Assembly: GCA_963803325.1 (NCBI GenBank)
Contig: CAWDLU010000002.1
Coordinates: 154,982-218,981 of the forward strand
Direction: 5' to 3'
DNA from: an uncultured Actinomycetes bacterium
GTDB taxonomy: Bacteria > Actinomycetota > Thermoleophilia > Gaiellales > Gaiellaceae
Length of the DNA stretch: 64,000 nucleotides
The notes beneath the pieces were generated by a model that worked only from the letters and a program-made list of their open reading frames with translations, searched no databases and had not been told where the DNA came from. The translations under genes were made by a program, and so were the position numbers. Shown here in pieces: positions 33,376 to 42,055 of this stretch. The stretch's first letter is position 1. The number at the start of each line of letters is the position of its first letter.

Positions 33376-36357
33376 GTGGCTGACGTCTTCATCTCGTATT
33401 CGCGTCAGGACGGTGAGTTCGTCCGCGGGTTGCACGAGTTCCTGCAGGGGGCGGGCCGCGATGTGTGGGTCGATTGGGAGGACATTCCGGCGGCGTCGGC
33501 GTGGGCGCAGGACATCGACGACAGCATCGACGCGGCAGAGAGCGTCGTCTTCGTCGTCTCGACGCACTCGCTCGCCTCCGAGTACTGCACGGCCGAGTTT
33601 CGCCATGCTCAGGAGCGGGGCAAGCGGATCGTGCCGATCGCCTGTGACGCTGCCGATCCGGAGGCTGCCCAGCCCGGTCTGCGTCAGCTGAACTGGATCT
33701 GGTGCCGGGTAGGCGACGATCGGGACGCCGCCTTTGCGAAGCTGGCGGGCGCGCTCGACACCGATCTGGAGTGGGCGCGGACGCACACCCGGCTGCTCGT
33801 GCGGGCGGTCGACTGGGAGGCTCGCGGCGACAGCAGCCTGCTTCTGCGCGGGCGGGATCTGAAGCAGGCGGAGGAGGTGCTGGCGGCGAACGCGGCCAAG
33901 GAGCCGAAGCCGACCGAGCTTCAACAGCGCTACGTGCACGCGAGCAGGAGTGGCGCGTCGAGGCGCCAGCGGATCCTGCTCGGCGGCGTGCTGCTCGCCC
34001 TGGCCGTCTCGATCGGTCTCGGTGTGGCGGCGCTGCTTCAGCGGAACACGGCGAATCAGCGGGCGCGGATCGCGCGCTCGCAGGCGCTTGCCGCCCAGGC
34101 TGTGGGGGCGCTCTCGTCCGCGCCCGCGGCGGCACTTGCAGACGCGGTCAAGGCGGTCGAGACGAGCCGGACCGACGAGGCGGAGGTTGCGCTCCGCCGC
34201 GCGATCCTGGCGAACCCGGTCGAGTACGTGATCCCGGCCGGACCTGACGACCGGCGGCAGGTCGCATCGGCCGGCGCGCGCGTCGACACGAGAGCGACAC
34301 TCGCCTTCAGCGCAGACGGACAGCTGCTGGTCGGACTGACGCCGGCGGGCTCGCTTCAGGTCTGGCGCGGCGCGGACGGACGGCCCGCCGGGCAGGCGAT
34401 CTCGGCAACGACGGCGGTGGCGCTCGCGCCCGGCAAGCTGCTCTCCGCGGACGGCCGCTCGATGCGGCTCGCCCGGCCGGATGGAGCCGTGGTGCGCACT
34501 CGGGCGGTCCCTGCCGGACAGCGGGTGGTCGGGGTCGGGTTCGTGGGTCGCTCTCCGAGCGCGGTCCTGGCAGGCCGGGGAGCGGTCGCGATCGTCGACG
34601 TCGTCAGCGGCCGCGAGGTGAGGCTGCACGGGCGAGCCGTTTACGCCGGGCAGGCCGTGTTCAGCGCCGGCGGCAAACGGGTGGTGACCGTTGCCGGCGG
34701 CGAGCAGGGCACCGTGCGGGTGTGGGAGACCCACACGGGGCGTCAGCTCGCGGCGCTGCGCGCGTCCTTCCCCGAGTCGGCCGCGATCAGCCCCGACGGC
34801 CGGTTCTTCGCGGCGGTCGCACCGGACGGGGCTGAGCTCTGGTCGGTCGACCGCGGCGTCCGCCTCGCGAGGCTCGGCCCCGCTGCCCGCGTCATCTTCA
34901 GCCCCGACGGCCGCCTCGTGGTTGCGGTCGGCGAGAACGGCGGCGCCGGCGTCTGGCGATCGAACGGCGGTCGTCTCGTCGCCGCTCTGCCCGGTTTCGG
35001 CAGCCTCCATGCCGGCGCCCTCGGCAGCTTCCGCACGCCCTTCGCTCCCGGTGCCGCGTTCAGTCCGGACGGGCGGCTGCTCGCGCTCGCCGCGTCGGAC
35101 GCGATCGTGCGGGTCTGGGAGCTCGCGACGCGCAAGCAGGTCGGGGCGGTGGCGATGGGCTGGGCGAACACACTGGCGTTTGGGCCGAACGGTGGCCGGC
35201 TTGCCGCGATGACCTGGGACGGTCACGTCGTCGTTGCGCGCGCACCCGCGAGCCTCGCGCTCAGAACGGCGTTCCACCCGAGCAGCTGCGTCGCGCAGTT
35301 CGACCCCGTCCTCAGCCCGGACGGCAGACGCGTTCTCGCGCCTGTCGCCGGGGGCGCCGGCGTCTGGGATGTCGACGGCAAGCGCCTCCAGCTCCTGCCG
35401 ACGCCGGCCCGCCCAGCCGGTCCCGCCGACGCAGCCGCAGTGAGCGCGGCCGCCTTCAGCGGCGACGGAACGACGGCGGTGGTCAGCGCCAACTCCGGCG
35501 GCTGCCACCAGTCGCAGGATCAGCGGTTCTGGACCGCGGTCTGGCGTGTCGGCGGCCACTCCCAGCTTCGCCGGTTTCCGCAGGCGCTCGACATCGCTCT
35601 CGATCCGCACGGTTCGCTCATCGCCGCCGGCGGGAAGGCTTGGCGGACGGCGACCGGCGCGCCGGTGCGCTCGCTCGACGGAATCGTCGGCCTGAGTCCG
35701 GACGGGCGCCTCGCCCTGGTGCGCCGAAACTGGATTGCCACGATCGTGCAGGTCGGCTCGGGAGCGGCTGTAGCGAAGCTTCGCGGGTTCGGAGGCTTCA
35801 CGCTCTCCGACGTGTCGGCGACCTTCAGCCCGGACGGTCGCCGCCTGGTCACGTTGCGGGGAGGGGACGTGCTGCGTCTCTGGGACGCTGCGAGCGGTGA
35901 GCCGCTCGGACGCCTCGGTCGGGCCGGCGAGATCGCCGACGGCTACTCGTTCAGCAAGGACGGCCGACTCGTGCGAGTGATCTTCGAGGACGAACGAGCG
36001 GCGACGTTCAGCGCCGCGGACGGCTCGCCCGTCTCGTCGCTGGCCGGGAGGTTCGCCGCGATCTCGCCCGACGGTACCCTCGCGACGGCCGCGCGAGACG
36101 ACGGCAGCGTCGTGGTCGCCGACCTGGCGACGGAGCTGAGCGTCGCCGTCCAGACCGACACCGCCGAATCGCTCGTCAGCGCCTCGTTCGGACCGACGCC
36201 CGGGCTGCTCGTCGCCGCCGACGCGACCGGCGACGTCCACTTGCTGCGGTGCGCGATCTGCGGGTCGGAAGCCGAGCTGCTGACGCGCGCCCGGGAGCAA
36301 CTCGCACTGGTGTCGCGTTTCCATCCGCGGCGGCCGCCGGCGAGCGGCGTTGCCTGA
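33376..36357 (+). CDS. TIR domain - hydrophobic helix - WD40 repeat protein (993 aa)
   Basis: GTG 33376: 'VADVFISYSRQDGEF...SEYCTAEFRHA' (TIR_2-like, Glu retained). Linker 'LEWARTHTRLLVRAVDWEARGDSSLLLRGRDLKQAEEVL'. Hydrophobic helix 'ILLGGVLLALAVSIGLGVAALL' at about 33973-34038. Then divergent WD40-like blades ('VRVWETHTGRQL', 'IVRVWELATRKQ' and others). C-terminal 'HLLRCAICGSEAELL'. Confidence 0.85.
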   Translation: MADVFISYSRQDGEFVRGLHEFLQGAGRDVWVDWEDIPAASAWAQDIDDSIDAAESVVFVVSTHSLASEYCTAEFRHAQERGKRIVPIACDAADPEAAQPGLRQLNWIWCRVGDDRDAAFAKLAGALDTDLEWARTHTRLLVRAVDWEARGDSSLLLRGRDLKQAEEVLAANAAKEPKPTELQQRYVHASRSGASRRQRILLGGVLLALAVSIGLGVAALLQRNTANQRARIARSQALAAQAVGALSSAPAAALADAVKAVETSRTDEAEVALRRAILANPVEYVIPAGPDDRRQVASAGARVDTRATLAFSADGQLLVGLTPAGSLQVWRGADGRPAGQAISATTAVALAPGKLLSADGRSMRLARPDGAVVRTRAVPAGQRVVGVGFVGRSPSAVLAGRGAVAIVDVVSGREVRLHGRAVYAGQAVFSAGGKRVVTVAGGEQGTVRVWETHTGRQLAALRASFPESAAISPDGRFFAAVAPDGAELWSVDRGVRLARLGPAARVIFSPDGRLVVAVGENGGAGVWRSNGGRLVAALPGFGSLHAGALGSFRTPFAPGAAFSPDGRLLALAASDAIVRVWELATRKQVGAVAMGWANTLAFGPNGGRLAAMTWDGHVVVARAPASLALRTAFHPSSCVAQFDPVLSPDGRRVLAPVAGGAGVWDVDGKRLQLLPTPARPAGPADAAAVSAAAFSGDGTTAVVSANSGGCHQSQDQRFWTAVWRVGGHSQLRRFPQALDIALDPHGSLIAAGGKAWRTATGAPVRSLDGIVGLSPDGRLALVRRNWIATIVQVGSGAAVAKLRGFGGFTLSDVSATFSPDGRRLVTLRGGDVLRLWDAASGEPLGRLGRAGEIADGYSFSKDGRLVRVIFEDERAATFSAADGSPVSSLAGRFAAISPDGTLATAARDDGSVVVADLATELSVAVQTDTAESLVSASFGPTPGLLVAADATGDVHLLRCAICGSEAELLTRAREQLALVSRFHPRRPPASGVA

Positions 36358-36378
36358 GCGCGCGGGGCTCAGAATCGC

Positions 36379-37122
36379 TCAAGAACGTTTGAACACGCGA
36401 GCGAGCCGTTGCAGCATCGAGTCGGCAGGGATCAAGAGGCCGCGGCCGGCCATGCCCGTCATCCGGTCGAGCGTGGCCAGAAACTCCGCGGCAAGCTTCG
36501 GCTCGTCGCGCAGCGCCCAGAGCGCATGCGCGTTCGTCCATGCAGCATCACGGGCTCGTTCGACGTTCCACATCGCGGCGATGTCGTCGATCCGGTGAAA
36601 GCGGTGTACGGCTCGATCGAGTAATCCCAGCCAACCGGTGAGGTACAGCCGCTTGATCCTCGGCTCGACGTCCGCCAGCAGGGCATTCACCTGCTTGAAG
36701 TCGGCTTGTGCGGGTGAGCCCTCGCGCAGGTCGAGCCCGAGCTCATGGCAGGTCTTCACCAGCGCCACCGGTAGGTCGCGGTTGATGTGTGCGTTCATCC
36801 CGGCCAGGGCGAACTGGAGCGGCGTCAGCCCCCGCCCCGACCGCTGCGCGAACAGCGGCACCCACGCGGACGGCGCGCTCGCCGGATCGCGCTCGTACGC
36901 GTCGAGCGCCGAGAAGAACAGGCCGGCGAAGCAGACATCGAGCCGCTCCAGAAACCGCGGGTCGGCGAAGCCCGCCTGTGCGAGGGTGGCGTTGACGCCC
37001 TCGGTCACCTCCCGGTACAGATGCGCGAAGCAGGCGACGCCGTCCGAGCGAGGCGCCGCGGCCTCGATCCCGCGCAGCCGCTCGATCACCGCCGGGACGG
37101 TCGCTGGATTGGCCACGCTCAC
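36379..37122 (-). CDS. Hypothetical protein, DUF5995-like
   Basis: 247 aa, all-helical. 'CFAHLYREVTEGV', 'FLERLDVCFAGLFFSA' and 'LAGMNAHINRDLPVAL' match my recollection of DUF5995; not verified. Last gene of the minus-strand string. Confidence 0.5.
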   Translation of the reverse strand: MSVANPATVPAVIERLRGIEAAAPRSDGVACFAHLYREVTEGVNATLAQAGFADPRFLERLDVCFAGLFFSALDAYERDPASAPSAWVPLFAQRSGRGLTPLQFALAGMNAHINRDLPVALVKTCHELGLDLREGSPAQADFKQVNALLADVEPRIKRLYLTGWLGLLDRAVHRFHRIDDIAAMWNVERARDAAWTNAHALWALRDEPKLAAEFLATLDRMTGMAGRGLLIPADSMLQRLARVFKRS

Positions 37123-37162
37123 GGGCCAATGACTGTAACCGGCCGAGGGCCGCGGGTCGGAC

Positions 37163-40087
37163 TCAGCGTTCGTGCAGGAACCGGAGCCGCTCGACGGCGG
37201 TGAGCCTGCGGCCGACGGAAACGTGCGCTTGGACGTCGGCGAGCAGTTGCTCCAGGTTCCCGCAGGCCTGGCAGGTGTGCAGGAGGACCGTGCCGTCGCG
37301 GCTGCCGGTGATCAGATCTCGGGGGTCGCTCCCGAACGCGACGCTCGTCACCCAGCCGTGGCGATCCTCGAACCGCGCCGTCAGGCGTCCCGTGGCCGCC
37401 TCCCACACCAGCGCGATGCCGTCGCGCCCTCCCGTCGCGATCCAGCGTCCGTCGGGGCTGAACGCAGCGACGTTCGTCTCGCCGGACTCGCCTCGGAGCT
37501 CCAGCACGGCGCGTCCGCTGGCGATCTCCCAGAGGCGCGTCGGATCTCCGCGGCTCGCCGTCAGCAGGAACCGCCCGTCGGGGCTGAAGGCGACGCTGAC
37601 GATCTCGGCGGTCAGGTCGCCCAACGTGAAGATCGGCTTCCCGGTGGCCGCGTCGCGCACAGCCGACGGGCCGGCGATCGTGGCCGGGGGGGCGGTGGTC
37701 ACGACCAGGCGCCCGTCGGGGCTGAACGCGGCGTCGGCCCGCAGGATCCCCGGCTGCCCCGGAAGGGTCGTCAGCAGCCGGCCGCTCGCGACGTTCCAGA
37801 TCTTGGTCGAGTCGAACCGGGCGACGGACGCGAGCCGGGTCCCGTCCGGGCTGAAGACCACCCGATCCACCTCCCGCCGGTGCCCGCGCAGCTCGTGCAG
37901 CAGCGTGCCGGTCGTCGCGTCCCAGATGCGCACCACGTGATCCGTTCCGCCGCCGGCCGCAAGCCGGCCGTCCGGGCTGAAGGCAACGGACAGCGCCTTG
38001 CCGCCGGTCGGGTTCCGGAGGCTGACCACCGGACCGCCGGCATCGACTGCCGAGATCATCGCGGCGACGCCCGCACGTCCGATCGCCCCGGTCAGGACGC
38101 GCCCGCCGTCCGGGCTGAGCGCGGCGTCCAGGACGGGCAGGCGCTTGGGGTCGCCGATCGTGCGGACGCGGGTTCGGGCGTTCGTGTCCCAGAGGCGTGC
38201 TGTCCAATCGGCGCCCCTGCTCAACGCGAGACGGTCGTCAGCGGCAAAGCCGACCACGCTCACCTCGCGGCCGTGGGATCCAAGCCGGGCCGGTTGCCCG
38301 CTGTCCAGGGACCAGACCCGTGCGGTGCCGTCGTCGCTCGAGGTGAGCACGAGGCGTCCGTCGGAGCTGAAGATCGGGACGCCGACGCCGTTGGTGTGTC
38401 CGCGCAGCTCGGCGAGCAGACGCCCCGTGCGCGTGTCCCACACCCGCGCGACCGGGTCCTCGCCGGTCGTGGCCACCTCGGCGCCGTCTGGGCTGAACAC
38501 CGCCCTGGTCACGGGATCCGGATGACCTCTGAGGGTGACGAGCAGACGGCCGCTCTGCGAGTCCCAGATGCGTGCGGTCCGGTCGGCCGAGGCCCCGACC
38601 ACGCGCGCACCCTCCGGGTCGAACGCCGCGTAGTTCACGCTCGCTCCGGCGCCGCGGAGCACCGCGACGCTCGCGCCGGTGACCGCCGACCAGACGCGAG
38701 CCGTGCCGTCGTCTCCGGCCGTGACCACCCGGGTGCCGTCCGGACTGAAGAGGGCGCGGTTCACCCCGCCCCGGTGGCCTCGCAGGACGTACAGCCGAGC
38801 ACCCGTACGCGCGTCCCACACGGTGGCTCCGTCGGGCCCGGCGGCGACCACGCGAGTGCCGCCGTGATCGAACGCTGCATTGAACACGGACCCGTTTCCC
38901 CGAAGCGCGGTCGCCGGCCGTCCGCCGGTGAGGTTCCAGACCCAGACCACGCCGTCGGCGCTCACGGCGAGCGCCCGGGTGCCGTCGTCGCTGAACGAGG
39001 CGCCGTAGAGCGCCGCCGTTGGGCCCTGAAGGACGGCGCGCGGGTCGCCGGTGTGGGCGTCCCAGATCCGAACGGTGCCGTCGGAGCCCGCGGTCAGCAG
39101 CCGCTCGCCCCGGCGGTCGAACTTGACCGCGTCGACCGTTCCCCGGTGCCCGCGCAGCTCGGCGACGAGCCTGCCGGTCCGCACGCTCCAGAGACGCGCG
39201 GTGCCTTCGGCCGCGGCGGTCACGGCCCGGTCGCCCTGCGGCGCCAGATCGGCGGCAAACAGAGGCGCGGGCAGTCCGTCGAAGGTAGCCCGTGAGTGGG
39301 AGCTGAGGATCGCCTGGCGCAGCGCGTCCTCGGCCTCCGCGGTCGGCTTCGTCTCCGCGGCGCGAGCCGCCAGCAGCACGCTCAGCTCGGGATCGAGCGG
39401 GAGCTGCTGGTTGGCCAGGGCGGCGATCTCACGCGAGCGGGCGGTGTGCTCGCGGTCGATCGCCTGGCTGCGCGTGACGAGCGAGTAGGCGGTGAGCGCG
39501 AGCGAGACCGCGAGCGCGAACCCGACCGCGCCGAGGACGATTTGCTGCCTGCGGCTGGCGGCCCGGCGGCTCGCCGCGACGAAGTCCCGCTGGAGATCCG
39601 TCGGCGACTCCCCGTGCGGCCCGGGGTCGTTGAGCCATCTCTCCTCGGCCTCCTTCAGCCGGCCGCCGCGCAGCAGCGTGCTCTTGTCCCTGCCGCTTGC
39701 AACCCAGTCGTGGGCCTGGATGGTCAGCTCGTTGTGCTTGTCGCGCCACCACAGATCGGCGTTGACCGCCTCGACGACCTGCTCGATGCCGAGGTCGACC
39801 GGATCGGCCTCCCCGAGCTGGATCCGCTGGATCTTCGCGAGCGCATCCGGCACCCGGTCGTCAGGCACGTCGATGCGCACGATCGGGACGAGCGGCTTGC
39901 CGAGCTCGACTGCGACGCCGAGCTCGCGCCGGCAGTACTCGGACTCGAGTGACCCCGGGCTGATCACGAAGGCGAACGCGCGCGCCGCCCGGATGCCGGT
40001 GTCGATGCGCTCTTGCCAGTCGGCGCCCGGCTCGATGTCGTCGAGGTCGAGCCAGACGTTCTTTCCCCGCGCCTCGAGTGCGGTCAC
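37163..40087 (-). CDS. TIR - hydrophobic helix - WD40 repeat protein; annotated from the first canonical start, but the TIR N-terminus continues upstream without a start codon
   Basis: 974 aa from GTG 40087. TIR remainder 'VWLDLDDIEPGADW...SEYCRRELGVA', linker 'DLWWRDKHNELTIQAHDWVASGRDKSTLLRGGRLKEAEERWL', helix 'IVLGAVGFALAVSLALTAYSLV', about 15 WD40 blades ('LRGHRGTVDAVKFDRRGERLLTAGSDGTVRIWDAHTG' and similar), and C-terminal 'LLHTCQACGNLEQLL'. The in-frame upstream sequence encodes 'ADAFISYSRRDTREFVQGQL'. Confidence 0.75.
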   Translation of the reverse strand: MTALEARGKNVWLDLDDIEPGADWQERIDTGIRAARAFAFVISPGSLESEYCRRELGVAVELGKPLVPIVRIDVPDDRVPDALAKIQRIQLGEADPVDLGIEQVVEAVNADLWWRDKHNELTIQAHDWVASGRDKSTLLRGGRLKEAEERWLNDPGPHGESPTDLQRDFVAASRRAASRRQQIVLGAVGFALAVSLALTAYSLVTRSQAIDREHTARSREIAALANQQLPLDPELSVLLAARAAETKPTAEAEDALRQAILSSHSRATFDGLPAPLFAADLAPQGDRAVTAAAEGTARLWSVRTGRLVAELRGHRGTVDAVKFDRRGERLLTAGSDGTVRIWDAHTGDPRAVLQGPTAALYGASFSDDGTRALAVSADGVVWVWNLTGGRPATALRGNGSVFNAAFDHGGTRVVAAGPDGATVWDARTGARLYVLRGHRGGVNRALFSPDGTRVVTAGDDGTARVWSAVTGASVAVLRGAGASVNYAAFDPEGARVVGASADRTARIWDSQSGRLLVTLRGHPDPVTRAVFSPDGAEVATTGEDPVARVWDTRTGRLLAELRGHTNGVGVPIFSSDGRLVLTSSDDGTARVWSLDSGQPARLGSHGREVSVVGFAADDRLALSRGADWTARLWDTNARTRVRTIGDPKRLPVLDAALSPDGGRVLTGAIGRAGVAAMISAVDAGGPVVSLRNPTGGKALSVAFSPDGRLAAGGGTDHVVRIWDATTGTLLHELRGHRREVDRVVFSPDGTRLASVARFDSTKIWNVASGRLLTTLPGQPGILRADAAFSPDGRLVVTTAPPATIAGPSAVRDAATGKPIFTLGDLTAEIVSVAFSPDGRFLLTASRGDPTRLWEIASGRAVLELRGESGETNVAAFSPDGRWIATGGRDGIALVWEAATGRLTARFEDRHGWVTSVAFGSDPRDLITGSRDGTVLLHTCQACGNLEQLLADVQAHVSVGRRLTAVERLRFLHER

Positions 40088-40205
40088 CAGTTGCCCCTGG
40101 ACGAACTCTCTGGTGTCGCGGCGCGAGTACGAGATGAACGCGTCGGCCCGAGCGGCGCCGGCTTCGGCCCCCGCTGTGGGGAGACCGGCACTCGGGGCGG
40201 CGTGG

Positions 40206-41924
40206 CTACCAGTTCGGGACGAGGTTCTGTCCCCGGCTGTTGGTCAATCGTCTCTGGCCGCTTCCGTCGCGGTTCACGACCGAGATCTCGGTGTCTTTGG
40301 CCTGCCCCTCGGCGAACGCGATCCTGGTTCCGTCGGGTGACCACGTGGGGTGGAACTCGTACTCGTCGACGCTCGTCAGCCGCTGCTGGTTTCCGCCGTC
40401 CGCGTCCATCACGTAGATGCGCTGCTTGCCGTCGCGGTCGCTCTCGAAGGCGATCTCCGCCCCGTCGGGCGACCAGGCGGGATTGACGTCCGACGCGGGG
40501 TTCGAAGTCAGCCTCTTCTGGCCGCTCCCGTTCGCGTTCATCACGTAGATCTGGGGCTTTCCGTTCCGGCTGCTGTCAAAGGCGATCTTCGTTCCGTCGG
40601 GCGACCAGACGGGGTCAGCGTTCTTGCCGGCTCCCGCGGTCAGCTTCGTGCGCCCGGTCCCGTCTGCATCGATCACGTAGATCTCGGTGTCCCCGGCCAG
40701 GTTCCCCTCGAAGGCGATCTTCGCCCCGTCCGGCGACCATTTCGGGAACCGGTCGCCCGCGGGGCTCGTGGTCAGCCTGGTCTGGTCGCTTCCGTCGGCG
40801 TCCATCACGTAGAGCTGTGAGCGGCCGTAGGTCGCCCGGTTGCTCTCGAAGACGAGCTTCCCGCCGTCGGGCGACCAGGCGGGGTCGAAGCTCTGATGGG
40901 GCGGCGAGGTCAGTGGTCTCTGGCCGCTTCCGTCGGGGTTCATCGTGAAGACCTGGAAGTCGCCGCTGCGATCGCTCTCGAAGGCGATCTTCGCCGATGC
41001 GCTCCTCTCGATCGTCCACGAGTAGGAGACCGCCGGGCCGGTGTTGCCCGCTTGATCGGTCGCCCGCACCGAGAACGTGTGGCGACCGGGTGGGAGCGTG
41101 TACGGCTGGGGCGACGTGCAGGCGAACACCATCCCCCCGTCGATCGCACAGCCGTACACGGTCCCACCGGAGAACGTGAACGACGCGTCTCTGCGCGGTG
41201 TCGGGTCGCCGGGGCGGCCGCCGAGCGTCGTCGTCGGAGGTGTGAGGTCGGTGACCGGCGGCAGCGCGCTCGCCAGTTGGGCAAACGTCGTTTGCTCGAC
41301 CCGGGTCAGCTTGACCTTCTGCGGGGGTCGCGGGTTCTTTCCGAGCGGCACGACCACCTGACGGGCATAACGCTTGTCCTTCAGGTTCAGCGCCACGACG
41401 ACGCCTTTGCCCTTGCGCCCGCTCACGACGGCGACTCCGCGCCGCAGCCTGACGATTCCGCTGCGCTTGCCGACGGCGACCTCGAAGACGGGATCGGTCG
41501 TCGTCACCGTCACGTCCCGACCGAGCAGGAACTTCTTCTTCTGGCCTTTGGGCGAGGTCGAGCAGGTGGCGCCGCCGTCGAGGAAATGGATCAGCCTGGC
41601 TGCGTCCGGTACCACCTCGAGCCGGACACGCACATTCGTCTGGCAGGCCGTGCCCTTCTTCTTGACCTTGAGGCTGAAGCTGAGGAAGGTCTTTCCCCCG
41701 CCGCCGGCGCTGATCAGGTCGCCGGAGTGCAGGGGGTCTCCGGTGTGGATGCCGTGGCGGTTGATCGTCACCCCTCCGCCGGTGACTCTCTTCACCTTGC
41801 CGACGACGGCACGACCCGCTGCGCCGCCCGCCGCATCGGCCGGCACGAGCACGATCGCGCAGAGCAGCAGCGCGAGAGCTGCCCGCGGTAGGCGAGGGTG
41901 CCGGCGGACGTCGGCGAATCGCAT
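40206..41924 (-). CDS. Secreted TolB-like beta-propeller (PD40 repeats) protein with FecR-like and Ig-like N-terminal regions
   Basis: ATG 41924 with signal 'MRFADVRRHPRLPRAALALLLCAIVLVPADA'. C-terminal repeats 'FESDRSGDFQVFTMNPDGSGQRPLT', 'WSPDGGKLVFESNR...LYVMDADGSDQTRLT' and similar, six or more in all, are the PD40/TolB pattern. The tracked ORF starts at TTG 41948. Confidence 0.75.
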   Translation of the reverse strand: MRFADVRRHPRLPRAALALLLCAIVLVPADAAGGAAGRAVVGKVKRVTGGGVTINRHGIHTGDPLHSGDLISAGGGGKTFLSFSLKVKKKGTACQTNVRVRLEVVPDAARLIHFLDGGATCSTSPKGQKKKFLLGRDVTVTTTDPVFEVAVGKRSGIVRLRRGVAVVSGRKGKGVVVALNLKDKRYARQVVVPLGKNPRPPQKVKLTRVEQTTFAQLASALPPVTDLTPPTTTLGGRPGDPTPRRDASFTFSGGTVYGCAIDGGMVFACTSPQPYTLPPGRHTFSVRATDQAGNTGPAVSYSWTIERSASAKIAFESDRSGDFQVFTMNPDGSGQRPLTSPPHQSFDPAWSPDGGKLVFESNRATYGRSQLYVMDADGSDQTRLTTSPAGDRFPKWSPDGAKIAFEGNLAGDTEIYVIDADGTGRTKLTAGAGKNADPVWSPDGTKIAFDSSRNGKPQIYVMNANGSGQKRLTSNPASDVNPAWSPDGAEIAFESDRDGKQRIYVMDADGGNQQRLTSVDEYEFHPTWSPDGTRIAFAEGQAKDTEISVVNRDGSGQRRLTNSRGQNLVPNW

Positions 41925-42014
41925 CGAACAGGTGGCGGAGATGGGCAACGAACGCCCCCAGGTGAGCTGACAGCAACAACGACGCTCTCACGCCGCGTGG
42001 GGGGTGTCAAGCCC

Positions 42015-42040
42015 CCGAACCGGTAACGGGACCGGTTCGG
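42015..42040 (-). terminator. Hairpin downstream of the 42056-45004 gene
   Basis: 10-bp perfect stem CCGAACCGGT / ACCGGTTCGG with a 6-nt loop, 16 nt after the stop codon on the minus strand. Confidence 0.4.
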
Positions 42041-42055
42041 ACTCGCGGGTGCGGG

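Noticed and set aside
40084-40344. 86-aa ORF between the TolB-like and TIR-WD40 genes.
   Set aside because: It is Arg/Pro-rich with no motif, and overlaps the end of the TolB-like gene. It is relevant only because its frame contains the GTG that a 1-nt indel would join to the TIR frame (see the finding at 40088-40240).
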